Shown here piece by piece: positions 41,751-55,834 of a stretch of DNA of 64,000 nt. The stretch's first letter is position 1; the number at the start of each line of letters is the position of its first letter. The stretch lies in contig OZ024740.1 in the NCBI GenBank assembly GCA_964016885.1, forward strand, positions 381,486,001 to 381,550,000. The letters run 5' to 3'. Origin of the DNA: Eledone cirrhosa (taxonomy: Eukaryota). The notes beneath the pieces were generated by a model. The model worked only from the letters and a program-made list of their open reading frames with translations. It did not search any database and was not told where the DNA came from. Position numbers and translations under genes: made by a program.

Positions 41751-42569
41751 TATCAGCTACCATAGATACTTGAACGCAGAAGGTAAGATACTTAATTAGG
41801 CATAGTCCCTAATTAGGTTTGAAATCTTGATATATAACGGGAAAAGGAAGGTGCCCTGATAATGCCGCCAGGAATCCGAAATTGTTTATTCACTCCATAT
41901 TTGATTGTTTGTATGTGACAAAAATAATAGAAAACTAATTCAGGTGTGTTTATGAAATTAAGGTTTACTATGATTTGATAATGAAAACTTAGTGATTAGT
42001 TACAAAGATTTTTCTTTTCTCCTCCTTAATAATCTTAAATAGTACGATTCTTGAGTTATCTAATATCTATACTCTGTATATCAAGACAAAACAGTATTCT
42101 GAACCTTTATGAGGTGTTTGTTGAAGCAAACAAAACATTAAATTGTATTTCTAGATATTGCCTTTGACTGCTTTTTGTGCTGATAATTTGGATAAAAGCC
42201 TTGGTGTTACTCAAATTTATAATAGTGAATTAAACGGCATCTTCCTTGTTTCAAAAGCATGAAACTGTGTCTGTTATTTTCCAGCTAGGAAAAATGTGTA
42301 AACATTTAATCTAATTTCAAATGAGATCTATTTCAACGACAAAAAGATCGAGAATCTAGATATATATATTTTCTCCAAATATTGGTCAAACAAATCAACA
42401 ACAATAACCAGCACATATTCAACAAGAATAGAAATTAGAACAGCAATAAAAACAATAACAACAACCACAGCAACAACAACAACAACAAAGACAACATCTA
42501 CAGGAAGAGCCACTCCTAAATGTTAGAACTATAACGGATTTATTAAATGGTACTGTCAGCTCATCGCCA

Positions 42570-43030
42570 CTTTCTGGTATTTGGCTATCATATACTCCTC
42601 TGTAATATGGGCGGCAGTGTCCGAGTTTGTGGCCTAACTAAGAAAGTTGGAAGCAGAGAGCGGATCAAAACACATAACTATCCAGATTAGAAGTTTACGC
42701 TCCTGGAACAGGAAAAGGGTTATTCCGTCTGGGAGCTGCCATCACGATGACGTCAATCAAGGCGGCCTGTTGAGGGATCTGGCTTTCACTGTGGTGCATG
42801 AGAGTGTGTGTGTCCCAAAATATTTGACCATGGCTCTACAATGGCATTTGTGCGGCTCACATACATGGGGGCTGAGGTCCTAGGCCACTCCAATGCAGAT
42901 GCACTCATCTTTTTCACATTTTCTTGTTCCAGGGCATATATCAAAGTTTGACGGTCCAGATAGAACTTGCGATATATGATGCAGTTGTTATTGTTGCGTA
43001 GCTCAGAACAGCCTGTATCGTCCAGACATA
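42570..43030 (-). mobile_element. CRE-clade LINE C-terminal remnant (zinc finger, RLE)
   Basis: Manual translation: VCEPHKCHCRAMVKYFGTHTLSC and RDGS/PDGITLFLFQERKLLIW..CFD. Confidence 0.65.
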
Positions 43031-43627
43031 TAAACATAACTTTTCAGCCCAATCATAACCATCTGGATATAATCGAATGTATAAACTGACAGTACATGCT
43101 TCCTGTTATCTGTGCCCCGGGATGGATAAAAGGTTAAATTTTACTTAGACAGATTTGGACTCTGAACAAAATAGAAGTTAATTAAATGCCGCAAGTCAAT
43201 TTCACAACCTCTCTCTCCCCCTCTCTCTCTTCCTATCTCATCCCCTCTAATTCTCACACACACACTGTCAGTCTCTCTTAATTCTGTCGTTTCTCACTCT
43301 TGAATGTTATTAACATAAAATATTCAAAACCATAAACATATTTCCGACCTTCAAGCAAAAAAGCGTAACATGGAGTCAAGCATCTAAATTCACTAAGTGG
43401 TGATAAACTACTTAACCCGATAGTATATTGTGATATGATAATTAGATAAATTGTTCCTACTGACCTTTAACAGAGTAGAGGAGGAGGACAACGTTAGAAA
43501 ACAGTCTTGTAATTACTGATAACATTTTAGTTTGTAATCAGATAAGCAGTAGTTATACGTCAATGTTATTTATAATTCATACTTTGTTCAAAGTAAACTA
43601 TGCATCACTGCCCCTTTCTATCTCTCA

Positions 43628-43701
<74 letters not shown>

Positions 43702-43839
43702 GAGAGAATTCCTATATGCACATAGAAATGTATCTTCTATAATGCTGGAAAATGTGTCTTTATATCTCAGGCTGCTTACATTTTTGATTCAATACATATA
43801 TATCTTTGTGCATGTATCTACGTTTATATATATATCCTC

Positions 43840-43897
<58 letters not shown>

Positions 43898-44380
43898 TCA
43901 TGTACATAGATGTATATATGCATATATTGATACATACACACTCGTATATGCTTACCTAACAACGTACATGCCTACCAACCCACTTCTATATATCTACTTA
44001 ACTACCTAGCTGATAGATTTATCCATTAGCAGAATGGTGAAAATATCTTAATATTGTTATCTAAATGCAGCAATGAAGTTTATGTTTCAGTTCGAAACCA
44101 TTCCATTCTTGAAAGGTACAATTATATATCTAGAACCATCTATTTGAAGATTTTCCTCTAAATTCTGTCAACCTATCTCAGACAAGATCTGTAAATAGCT
44201 TTTTTGTCTGGTATACGTATATGTGTCTATTTAATATACATAAGCACACACACATACACACATAAAGACCTATATGTAAGTTTTTATGCATGTATGTTTG
44301 TATGTACATACGTATTTATGAATGTAGGTATTTTTCTACGTGTATCTATGAATGTTTATGTATGTATGTATGTATGTATG

Positions 44381-44411
<31 letters not shown>

Positions 44412-44424
44412 GTATGTATGTATG

Positions 44425-45016
44425 TTCTTCTGGTTTTATAATTTCACAAATTTTTTCCCAATAGAGAGAGAGTCGGTTTCTAACATAGACACAAGTCTCT
44501 CTCATTGGAATTTACACAACATCAACTAGGTAGATTATGTATGCACGCATGCATGTGTAGATATGGATGTTATTGTATGTGTGGATTTGGATGTTTTGAG
44601 TTGTATGTGTGCATGTGTATATGCTTTGTATCTGTACATGTGTATATGCAGTTATTAGATGCAAAATATTTGGAATGTTTTACATATTTTTACTGTACTT
44701 GTAATTTCCTAACTAGTTGTGTTCTTTCTGTTCCTGTGAAGCCTAGCTTCTCAATATTTGTATTGAGGCAGTTTCTAACATACCCCAGTGCCCCAATAAT
44801 CAAAGGCATAAATCTGAAGGTGTAATCAGGGTGGAGTATCTGCAGATTTCTCATCAGTTCTGCATAAATATTCTCCTTTTCGCTAATCTTTGATATTAAA
44901 TTGGCATCTGCTGGGCAGCTAACTTCCACTACTGTGCATGCCTTCTCCCTGTCCCATATCATTATATCTGGTCTGTTATGCCTGCATTTTATTGGGGTTT
45001 TTACTGGAACATTCCA
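44425..45016 (-). mobile_element. 5'-truncated R4-like LINE (RLE domain and 3' UTR) flanked by (TATG)n
   Basis: HNRPDIMIWD..EVSCPAD..EKENIY..PLIIGALG; (TATG)n at 44355-44424 and 45017-45087. Confidence 0.88.
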
Positions 45017-45087
45017 TGTATGTATGTATGTATGTATGTATGTATGTATGTATGTATGTATGTATGTATGTATGTATGTATTTATGT

Positions 45088-45683
45088 ACTGGTTGTATTG
45101 GTAACATGTATCCCAGTACAACCTGTCTCATGATCGGGTCGTTGGCGACTAAACTGGCAGCCCCATCAAGGTTTCTTGGTGAGGAGGGTGACTTTGGACA
45201 TCCTGCAGGATTAAAAACAAAACCTGTCAAAGGGCAAAGGGGCTCTTAAGAGTCAATGGCCATCCAAAATGACCGGGAGAGATGACCCCTTAGCCTTTGT
45301 CAAGGCAGAATTCTAGGAGAAGGATAACTCTGATATAACACCTGCAACCCTGATGGAATCCAATGATGTTGACTTGTTCTTCTTTTTGGTAAATATCATC
45401 TTGGTTAAGAGAGTGGGACTGGCTTTGTGCAGTACCTTTGCTCACTATAAAAGCTTCACGGCACAGGCATTGCTTTATATCTGGATATCTCTCTGCACTT
45501 GTCGTGACATGGTACCATGAGCCCAGCACTATGTGTCAATAATTGTGACAAGTGTAGCGTTTGTACCAGAGTTTTCAAGTACTGGCTGGACTAAAAAGTC
45601 ACACTCGTTCAGCGCATCGGTAGGGGTTCTCCTACATGGGTATAAAGTAGTGGCCGTACTCGAAAGCGAGTTGGCAGCCACCA
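45088..45683 (-). mobile_element. Dispersed non-coding repeat (LINE 5'-UTR-like or SINE-like) with an internal inversion
   Basis: 45341-45683 matches 52546-52890 directly; 45090-45277 matches 52439-52556 in reverse complement. Confidence 0.7.
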
Positions 45684-45745
45684 TTTATGTATGTATATAT
45701 GTATTTATGTATGTATGCTCTGGTCTCATTATTTTATACATTTTC

Positions 45746-45883
45746 CAGCATAGTTACGTCCCTTTACGATCTGAGTTCAAATCCCGCCGAGGTTGACTTT
45801 GCCTTTCATCCTTACGGGGTCGATAAAATAAAGTACCAGTAATGCACTGGGTAATTGCTGCCCTTGTGCCTAAAGTAGAAACA
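45746..45883 (+). mobile_element. 5'-truncated OK-like SINE with 18-bp TSD
   Basis: TSD ATTATTTTATACATTTTC at 45728-45745 and 45884-45901. Confidence 0.88.
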
Positions 45884-45990
45884 ATTATTTTATACATTTT
45901 CACCAATAGAGAGGCGGTTCCTAATATAGACACAAAACTCTTTCATTGGAATTTAGACATCAACTAGGAAAATACTTATGTATGTGTGTG

Positions 45991-46068
<78 letters not shown>

Positions 46069-46405
46069 GTGTGTGTGTGTGTGTGTAAGTACAATTATGA
46101 ATATTATTGTATGTGTAAATCTGCATATTTTGAGATATATGCATGTGTTTTTTGTATCTATACATGTGTATATGCAGTTATATGCAGAAATCCTGAAAAG
46201 TTTTACATATTTTTACTCTTCCATTAAAGGACTGTACTTGCAACGTCCTAACTAGCCGTGATATTTCTGGATCTGTGAAGCGCAGTTTCTCAATATTTGT
46301 ACTGAGACAGTGAGCAACGCACAGAAGAGCCCGAATAATCACAGGTACAAATCTGAAGGTACAGTCATGGTAGATTATCTCCAGAATCTTCAATAGTTTA
46401 GCATT

Positions 46406-46707
46406 TTAGAAATTTCGTATTTCTAAAGAAATACGGTTTTAGGAAGCCATAGCTATGTAAACACCGGGGGGGCTAACGCCCTCTGGTGGTGTCCAACAGA
46501 AGCAAGGGGGGCAACCGTCTATGCATTTTAGGCTTGACTGGCCATCGTCAGGACGGTCCCTCCTCCCGCGTGCGACTGCTGGACTTGAAAACAGCCGAGA
46601 ATATATAGTTTTCTCGTTTGTGCACCACCATAGGGCGTTAGCCCCCCGGTGTTTACATAGCGAAATTTCTATAGATATTGTATAAAGCTATGCTTGAAGC
46701 GAAATCT
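46406..46707 (-). mobile_element. 302-bp non-coding insertion with 12-bp TSD, internal inverted repeats and a hammerhead-like motif
   Basis: TSD TAGTTTAGCATT at 46394-46405 and 46708-46719; inverted repeat 46452-46491 / 46623-46661. Confidence 0.8.
46514..46557 (-). ncRNA. Hammerhead motif with AAAA in place of GAAA (probably inactive)
   Basis: Minus strand: ACCGTC-CTGACGA-TGGC cagtcaa GCCT-AAAA-TGCA-TA-GACGGT. Confidence 0.7.
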
Positions 46708-47365
46708 TAGTTTAGCATTAATGTGTTCCTTTTCACTTGACATCTGCTGGGCAGCTGACATCCATTAGTGTGCATGACTTCTTTTCTCTGTCACTTATCA
46801 GCATGTCTGGTTTGTTGTGCTTGTATTGTATAGAGGTTTGAACTGGAACATTCCGCCAGTACCATTTCATATTATGTATATGTCCCCCACACTGCTGAAA
46901 ATATTTAATGTTTATTTTCGGGGCGATCCTTTCTACGGTTTGAATTATATAGTGTTTTGGCCATTATGTCTCATACGTAGATAGTTCCATGACGACATCT
47001 TTCGACAGCTGCTTATGATATAGGAAACATCTTCGATGTTAATTCCGCATTGTCAATCTGTTGTCACATCTAGGTGTTTTGCCTGCATTCCTATCTCTTA
47101 TGCATTTCTATCTCATATGTTTTGTATTGATTTCCTTTTCTTGATTTGTAAAAGCATATCTTACAATGTGAGAGCCAATAAAGCGCTTGATGGCCCAAGA
47201 TAGACTAATTTGCTTATCTATATCACTCTTATTTTGGAGCTTCCTGGCAACGTAGCAATGCATGAGCTTTTCTGATAAGCTTGCAGTTTTTCGTCCATGG
47301 ATTCATTGCGATATTGCTGTGCAATTTCCCTGGTTGTGATTAAGTATGTATGTATGTATGTATGT

Positions 47366-50300
47366 TTTCTCTTTCTCTTAATTTCGAGTATATTTTTTTG
47401 ACCGGCCACCTTCCTGGTGGCAAGGTTGTAAAAGAAAAGAAATTGTCATCCCTTGAATCGCAAGAATGTTTTGCATATTTTGAAGGTGCCAGCTATCGCA
47501 GCCATTTGTAGACTATGAATTAGGGAGCTGCGCTTTTTGTCCGCAAATCCAAGTTCGGTCATACTTTGGTCCAAGCGGGTTGGTATATAACCCGTAGCAC
47601 CAATAATGATGGGTATGAAGCTAAAGGTGTATCTTGGATAGTGGATTTGTAAGCTCCTCATCAATGGTCCGTAGATGTCCTCCTTCTCCTGTATTTTTCT
47701 GACAACGTTTACATCAAGTGGGCAGCTGATCTCCACAACAGAACACGTTTTCAATGTGTGGTCCCAAACTACAATATCAGGCCGGTTGTGCTTTAATTTG
47801 GTAGCAGTTTTTATTTTCAGGTTCCACCAGTATTCCTTAGTGCCATCTGTCTCAATATATTCTTCCTCGTTTGTTGTTAATTTTGTTTTCCGAAGTGCGT
47901 TCCAGATAGTTCTAGCTATCCCATCGTGTCTCATGGGGAGGTAGTAGCGAGATGACATTCTTTCGCAGCCGGCAACAATGTGGCTTACATCCTCGATCTT
48001 TGTTTTACATAGCCTACATTTATTGTCAGCTGCTGGCCCTCCTCTTTTGTGCAGCAGATATTTGGTAGGGAGTTCTTGTTCCTGTATTGCATAGAGATAT
48101 CCCTCAAGGTGTGATGTCATAAACTTGTCGGAACTCCATGCCAGGCTTTTTGAGTGGTTTATCCCCTCTATGGTCTATGTTTTACGCCTGAAGTATCCAT
48201 GCACAACTTTCTCTGTAAATTGGTCAATTTTTTTTTCTTGTTTGAACATTGAATAGGATCTTCCGATTTCTCTGGGTGAGAGATTTATATCAGGCTTTAT
48301 TCCATATCTCTCCTCCAGATCAGTCGCTATTCTAATGATATTTCTTTTTTCATGCTCATAAACCTGAGCAAGATGGTCGCCAACCTTTTTCCTCTGTTGA
48401 AGGTGTTGCTTCAGTGTTACTATCCGGGTCTCATATGTTGTTAATATTGATTTTAGACCCCGGCCACCTTCCTTGCGTGAGAAGTATAGCCTATCCACAT
48501 CACCATTGATGTTAAAGTTCCCAGTAACACTGAGAAGTTTTCGAGTTCTAACATCCATCTCACCTAGTTCTTGCAATGACCAGTTCAGTAGGCCAAATGT
48601 TGGCGTTAGAATTGGCACAGCATAGGTATTGTGGGCAATGTATTTGTTGTATGCTGACAGTTCTGATGACCATATTTTTTTTACTCTTCTGAGGTATTCA
48701 GTTCTGGTTCTCTCCTTATTTATGGGTCCATCATATCTGACATTCTCATCCTGTCCAAGATATCTGTAGTTGTCACCTGACTGCAGAGGTTGTATTGTCA
48801 GGCCGTTCATATCTAGATTTCTAGAGGAGGGCACAGCTCTTCCACGTTTTACTGCCAAATATGCACACTTGGACTCACCAAATTTCATTTTGATGTCGGT
48901 TGAAAATTGTGTAATGAGGTCCAATTGTTTCTTGATGTCATTGATATTTGGCCCATACAACTTCAGGTCATCAACAAAGAAAAGATGGGAGATACTTCTG
49001 GGCCCACTTCTTTGTCCACCTTGTTTCCTGAGTAGGTAAGATAGTGGATTCAGTGAGAGAACGAAGAGTAGTACCGACAAGCTATCACCCTGAAAGATGC
49101 CCTTCTGGTAATGTATCCTATCAGTCTTAACCTGCTCCTTCTCACCTCTAAGGATCAAATTGGTGTACCAGTTCTTGGTCAGGCGTTCAACAGCAGCTAC
49201 TAATGGTTGTGGGACTTTAGCTAACTGTAAAGCCTTAATAATCCACCCATGAGGTACACTATCAAATGCTTTTTGATAGTCCAGCCACACGACAGTCATG
49301 TTTCTGCGATTCTTTGTTGTTTTTTCCTGAATCATTTTGTTAGTTAGTAGGTGATCTATGCAACCCCACACCTCCCTCTTTCCACCAGCTTGCTCAGGTG
49401 TTATGATGTTGTTGGTAGCACAGTGATCCTGTAAGAACAGGTTAAGGCACCCAGTATATAATTTATACATGATGTTTTGGCAGGCAATTGGGCGGTAATT
49501 TTTAGCAAGGGTGGTTTGGCTATTTTTGGGAATGAGGAGAGTAGTGGCAGTTGATAACCATCTGGGCAGTTCTTGTGTGCCCTTAATGGTTTCTGTAAAC
49601 AGCCGTATGAGATCTTGCCGATAGAAAGTGAAATTCTTCAACCAGTATCCTGTAATGAGGTCTGGGCCTGGCGATTTCCTATTCGACATTTTCTGTAGAG
49701 CTGTTTCCAGTATTGACCCATCTATGTCATATTGTTTTGTCTGGACATGTTGGCAGTAGTCCTGTTCCAGTTGTTTTAGCCAATTAGCTTGTCTGTTGAA
49801 TCCGTCATCCGTTTCCCATACAGATCTCCAGTAGTTCTCAACCTGTTCTTTTGAAGGGGTGTCGTTTACAGGGATTGAGCTTTTGCCACCGAAGCTGCGA
49901 TAAACTGATTTAGGATCTCTGGCAAACAATCTATTTAGCACTTGTCGTTTATGGGCTGTTGACTTATATTTTAGTCTTTCTGTTGTAGCTGTGAGTTGTT
50001 GTTTCAACTGGTGTAATTTGGTGTTCAAAGTTTTAAATTTGGTATCTCCAAATCGTCTCTCTAACTTTTTCTTTAGGTCTTCCTGGTGTCGTGTGAAGTT
50101 TCTCTCTATGTTGCATTTCATAACGACTGCGATGTGTGAGATACTTCGTCTCAGGGACAAAATTTTGGTTTTTAAATTTCGCATCCACGCTGGTTCAGGC
50201 TTTCTGTTTGTATCTTGATTGCGTGGTTTTAGATGTGTGTTGTATGATAGCAATGTGACAGCTGAAACATATAACAAAACATTGAGCGTTTCAAATGTCG

Positions 50301-50867
50301 TTTCTACACTTTAGATCGTATAGCCTTCAGATAATTGCCAGCTATTTCGTTCACCGCTTCCAATTCCAATTTAGTGGGTTCTTTACTGACTCTAGTGTTG
50401 TATGGTCTGTCACTCACATTAAGGCTGTGTATCTCTTGAAACATATCGTTCCATATCACTTGTAGGGTGTCCACAAGTTTTTGGTGCTCTGTTTGTTCAG
50501 TAGAGTCATGAATTGCAGCCTCGTTGTTGATGTGGTGACAATTACTACTAGAGTCAGCTGACCTTTCTCGCTGTTCTTCAGTGGAAGTGGGATGGATTTC
50601 AGCAAAATTGTTGGTGAGCTGTTCACTGTTAGATTTAGCTGGACATTCTCTTTGTCTGTCAGTGGAGGTGGGGTGGTTGTCTACAAGGGTTGTATTTGTA
50701 GTATCACTCGATTCCGTTAGATGTATCAATTTACATCTAATGATACGTTTTGCCTGTTCATTTAGGTGCTTTGGAGAAAAGTCTAATTCTGGGTGTTTGG
50801 AGTGCCATAAAATTTTTAGCCTTTGCATAAAACCGAACTTTTGGGGTTCAGATTGTTTGTATGCTTC

Positions 50868-50868
<1 letters not shown>
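47366..50868 (-). mobile_element. R4/Dong-clade LINE, long copy (one in-frame stop, one frameshift), flanked by (TATG)n
   Basis: ORFs 50304-50828, 48175-50277 and 47446-48120; YRPIAC, DYQKAFDSVPH, GIFQGDSLS, HLFFVDDLK, CRLC..HIVAGC, RHD, RPDIVVWD. Confidence 0.93.
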
Positions 50869-50898
<30 letters not shown>

Positions 50899-51874
50899 TG
50901 TATGTATGTATGTATGTATGTATGTATGTATGTGTGTGTATGTATGTATGTATATATGTATGGATGGGTGGTTAATGTAGAAAAGTTAATGTAGATATTT
51001 TAGAATAAGTACGTATTTCACATGCAGAATTTAGGCGAAATGCACGAGAAGGCACACTTTCTGAGATTGGTCCAATAAATATGGTTTGTGATATTTGCGG
51101 TTGTATACGCTTTCCAGAGTCCGGCCAGATTAATCACACACGAATTCATATGCCTTGACAAAGATTTGACCACTAAGTGCAGGACAATATATTGCGTAAC
51201 ACGCTGTTTGTGTGGAAAGCTCTGCAAATTTGTTAGTGAATTAAAGACAATAATATACTTAAAACACACACTTCTGAATGCAGATATGAACATGTACATC
51301 TTTGTTTTCAAGATAAGGGTTTGGCCGATTTAATGTTATACAGATATATATATATTTCCAAGATAAAGGGATTATCTGTAATGCATGAATTTTGGGCTAC
51401 ACACTTACTCCATTTATGTCAGATCAGCTAATTTTTATACATGCATTCTCATACATATCTTATTGCCTCGATGATAGCGTTTATAAAAGTAAACATTTAT
51501 TGCCAGTACTCTATTTTTAAACTCCTAATCAGTTTCACATGAAGGTATTTTCTCTAATATATCAGAGTCAAGTGTGTTTCGATTACGTGGTGCTAATTAT
51601 CAATATGAACTCAGTTGGGTTTTAATTTCTTCCAGTATTTTAATCCTTAAGTTTCATCAACATTCTTTTGATCCAGCGGTCTCCGTGTGTTTCGCCTTTA
51701 ATAGATAATACATTATTATTTCATTAATTATTCCAGTTCGTTGTGGCATGTGCATTTGAGTATGTGTGTCCGTACACAGAGACACATACACACACATATA
51801 TATACACATATACACATATATATATACACACACACATATATATATATATGTGTGTATATATATGTGTATATGTG

Positions 51875-51921
<47 letters not shown>

Positions 51922-51972
51922 CAAAAAAGAAGAATGACATGGTTTGCTATACAATAAAGGCTTTATTCACAT

Positions 51973-52080
51973 TGCTGACAATATTTACTCCGAACTGGTA
52001 GGTTTAGAGATCGCTACCCGCCTGTTTTTGCGTCAATCCATCACCAATACTTTGTTATAACCAGTCTATTCATCAGAGCA
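51973..52080 (-). ncRNA. Degenerate hammerhead with long stem II, followed by AATAAA
   Basis: Minus strand: TGCT-CTGATGA-..ACTGGT...ACCAGT..-(G)TAAA-TATTG-TC-AGCA. Confidence 0.5.
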
Positions 52081-52223
52081 TGCGAGACTGAACGAAATAC
52101 ACAGGCATAGCTTCTATATATAGTAGTGACATTAAATCAGAACAATAATAACGATACTCAAATAAATTAGCTAGATAGTAAATAGTTAAAATAATCACAA
52201 CATCAATCTAAGTAAGAAATAGA

Positions 52224-52278
52224 GTATACTGATGACTTTAGCATGTACAGCGAGCTGATACGAAACAGATGTATGAAA
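52224..52278 (+). ncRNA. Degenerate hammerhead (core intact, stem I weak)
   Basis: CTGATGA-CTTTAGC..GCTGATAC-GAAA-CAGATG-TA. Confidence 0.45.
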
Positions 52279-52438
52279 TTGACATGTAAAAGCTGTCATG
52301 GGGTATATCCTATATAGTGTAGAGATAACCCGGGGCTTGAAATAATGGACCATTTACTTTACTGTAGGTTTGCTGACCGTAAGATTTATTTATTATCTGA
52401 CAGATAAAATATTTTCATTGTAGTGAAGATGGTAATAT

Positions 52439-53010
<572 letters not shown>

Positions 53011-53266
53011 GGAGACCCCAACCGTGAATGTTGCATTTTTCAGGGTATGTCAATATTTATTTATAAAACTAATCTATATTATATTTTATTTGATGAAAGC
53101 GCACAATAATCTGCATTGGTGGCCCTTGAAATATGTATAATGAAATAAATATGGTTTTATAAATATAGTTTCCATTTGTTAATATATTGTATATTTACCC
53201 CAATTAATTTGATGAGTGGCTTTATATCAGTTATAAAAATATTTTGCTTGTTGTATCCCAACAAAT

Positions 53267-53834
<568 letters not shown>

Positions 53835-54050
53835 TTGTAATGGAATTAAACGAAATTTCATTTCTCACTCTTAGTACGGCACTTACTTAAGAGTGAGAAA
53901 TGAAATTTCGTTTCATTCCATTACAACTTATCGTTTTCGGTACGCCTGGCCGACTGAACTCACTCGATATGCAAATTAGGCTGCCCAGCCGTTAATTTTC
54001 ATAAGGAAAGTATATACTTTCGAAAGTTCAACCATCTGGCAGAAGGGTAT

Positions 54051-54093
54051 ACGGTGCTGATGATAGCCAAGAAGCTTGAAACTAGTACATCGT
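54051..54093 (+). ncRNA. Minimal hammerhead ribozyme with palindromic stem III (ACTAGT)
   Basis: ACGGTG-CTGATGA-TAGC caagaa GCTT-GAAA-CTAG-TA-CATCGT. Confidence 0.85.
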
Positions 54094-54491
54094 TCCTGTG
54101 TCAGTGTTAAACAAAAAGGTGACGTGGTTGCCTTAACACCGTACGGCATAAATCAGGCTGTCCGTTTGTTTACAAACGGACAAAGCGAGCGTTATAATAA
54201 ACGTCCGCTAAACTGATACGTACATATATACATGTGTACCTGTATGTATATATATATATATGCATGCTACTGTACGTCTGTATACATATATGCATGTACG
54301 TATACTTACATTTAAGTAAGTGCCGTACTAAGAGTGAGAAATGAAATTTCGTTTCATTCCATTACAACTTATCGTTTTCTGTACGCCTGGCCGACTGAAC
54401 TCACTCGATATGCAAATTAGGCTGCTCAGCCGTTAATTTTCATAAGGAAAGTATATACTTTCGAACGTTCAACCATCTGGCAGAAGGGTAT

Positions 54492-54534
54492 ACGGTGCTG
54501 ATGATAGCTAAGAAGCTTGAAACTAGTACATCGT
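54492..54534 (+). ncRNA. Second copy of the minimal hammerhead
   Basis: Identical except one loop-II base; offset 441. Confidence 0.85.
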
Positions 54535-54685
54535 TCCTGTGTCAGTGTTGAACAAAAAGGTGACGTGGTTGCCTTAACACCGTACGGCATAAATCAGTCT
54601 GTCCGTTTGTTTACAAACGGACAAAGCGAGCGTTATAATAAACGTCCGCTAAACTGATACGTACATATATATATATATGTACCTG

Positions 54686-54723
<38 letters not shown>

Positions 54724-54798
54724 TGCTACTGTACGTCTGTATACATATATGTATGTACGTATACATACATACTTACATTTATATTTATATATATATAC

Positions 54799-54863
<65 letters not shown>

Positions 54864-54869
54864 CATACA

Positions 54870-55143
54870 GGCGCATGGCTTAGTGGCTAGAGCATTGGGT
54901 TTGCAATCGAATGGTTGTGAGTTCTCTTTTCGGACCGTGTGATGTGTTGTTTCCTTGAGCAAGACACTTTATTTAACGTTGCTACTGTTTACTCAGTTGA
55001 AAATGAGTACCAGCAATAGCTGGAGGTTTAACTCTGCGATGGACTGGGTCCTGTTCAGGGGGGAGTCTTGTGCCCTCAGTTGTTTCACGCCATGAAGCCG
55101 GGATAATCACCGGCCAAATGAGCCTCTGGCTTAAGACAGACTT
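54870..55143 (+). mobile_element. tRNA-derived CORE-type SINE (OR-like)
   Basis: A box TGGCTTAGTGG, degenerate B box, CCTTGAGCAAGACACTTTA CORE-like motif. Confidence 0.75.
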
Positions 55144-55264
55144 TAGAATTACGCCAGTTGGATGGCGTCATCGTATGGCTAAAACAGCAACGTGCTGTGA
55201 CCAACGGCGCCAAATAGCGCCCGACAGACTGGTCGGTCAAGGTGACTGCGAGGTGATATATATG

Positions 55265-55338
<74 letters not shown>

Positions 55339-55834
55339 ATATATATTATATGTGTGTGTGTGTGTGTATATATATACCTTAATTTATCAATTTATATACA
55401 ATATTTATTTCATCTTATACTATTCACTCACACAAACCTAATTACACACACGCACAATGAAATACATATTTAAATCTAAATATATAAATGTTTATTAACT
55501 CATGTAATATGCATAAGAATATGCGTATATATGTATGCATATATATTCATATACATATATATATGTGTGTGTGTGTGCGCGTATGTGTGTGCTATTACAT
55601 TATTATTTCCTATCTTATTCCAAATCGCTTTGATTAAGCCTGCAAAATCTCTCTATCTATCTATATATATATATCTGTGTGTGTGTGTGTATGCGTGTGT
55701 GTGTGTGTGTGAGTGTCTATGTGTGTGCGTGTGGTGCGTGTGTGTATATGTGGTGCATGTACATGTATAAATGTATATATGTATGTATGTGTGTATGTAC
55801 ACACACACGCACACACACCCACACACATATATTT

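Larger units (their letters stand above)
45718..47341 (-). mobile_element. Degenerate 5'-truncated R4-like LINE of the same family as 44425-45016, with nested insertions
   Basis: 3' UTR similar to 44425-44690; RLE remnant FRFVPVIIRAL..VKICKTF; (TATG)n on both flanks. Confidence 0.8.

Noticed and set aside
51010-51222. Minus-strand exon-like Cys-containing segment
   Set aside because: All frames contain stops before the candidate donor and no family is recognisable.
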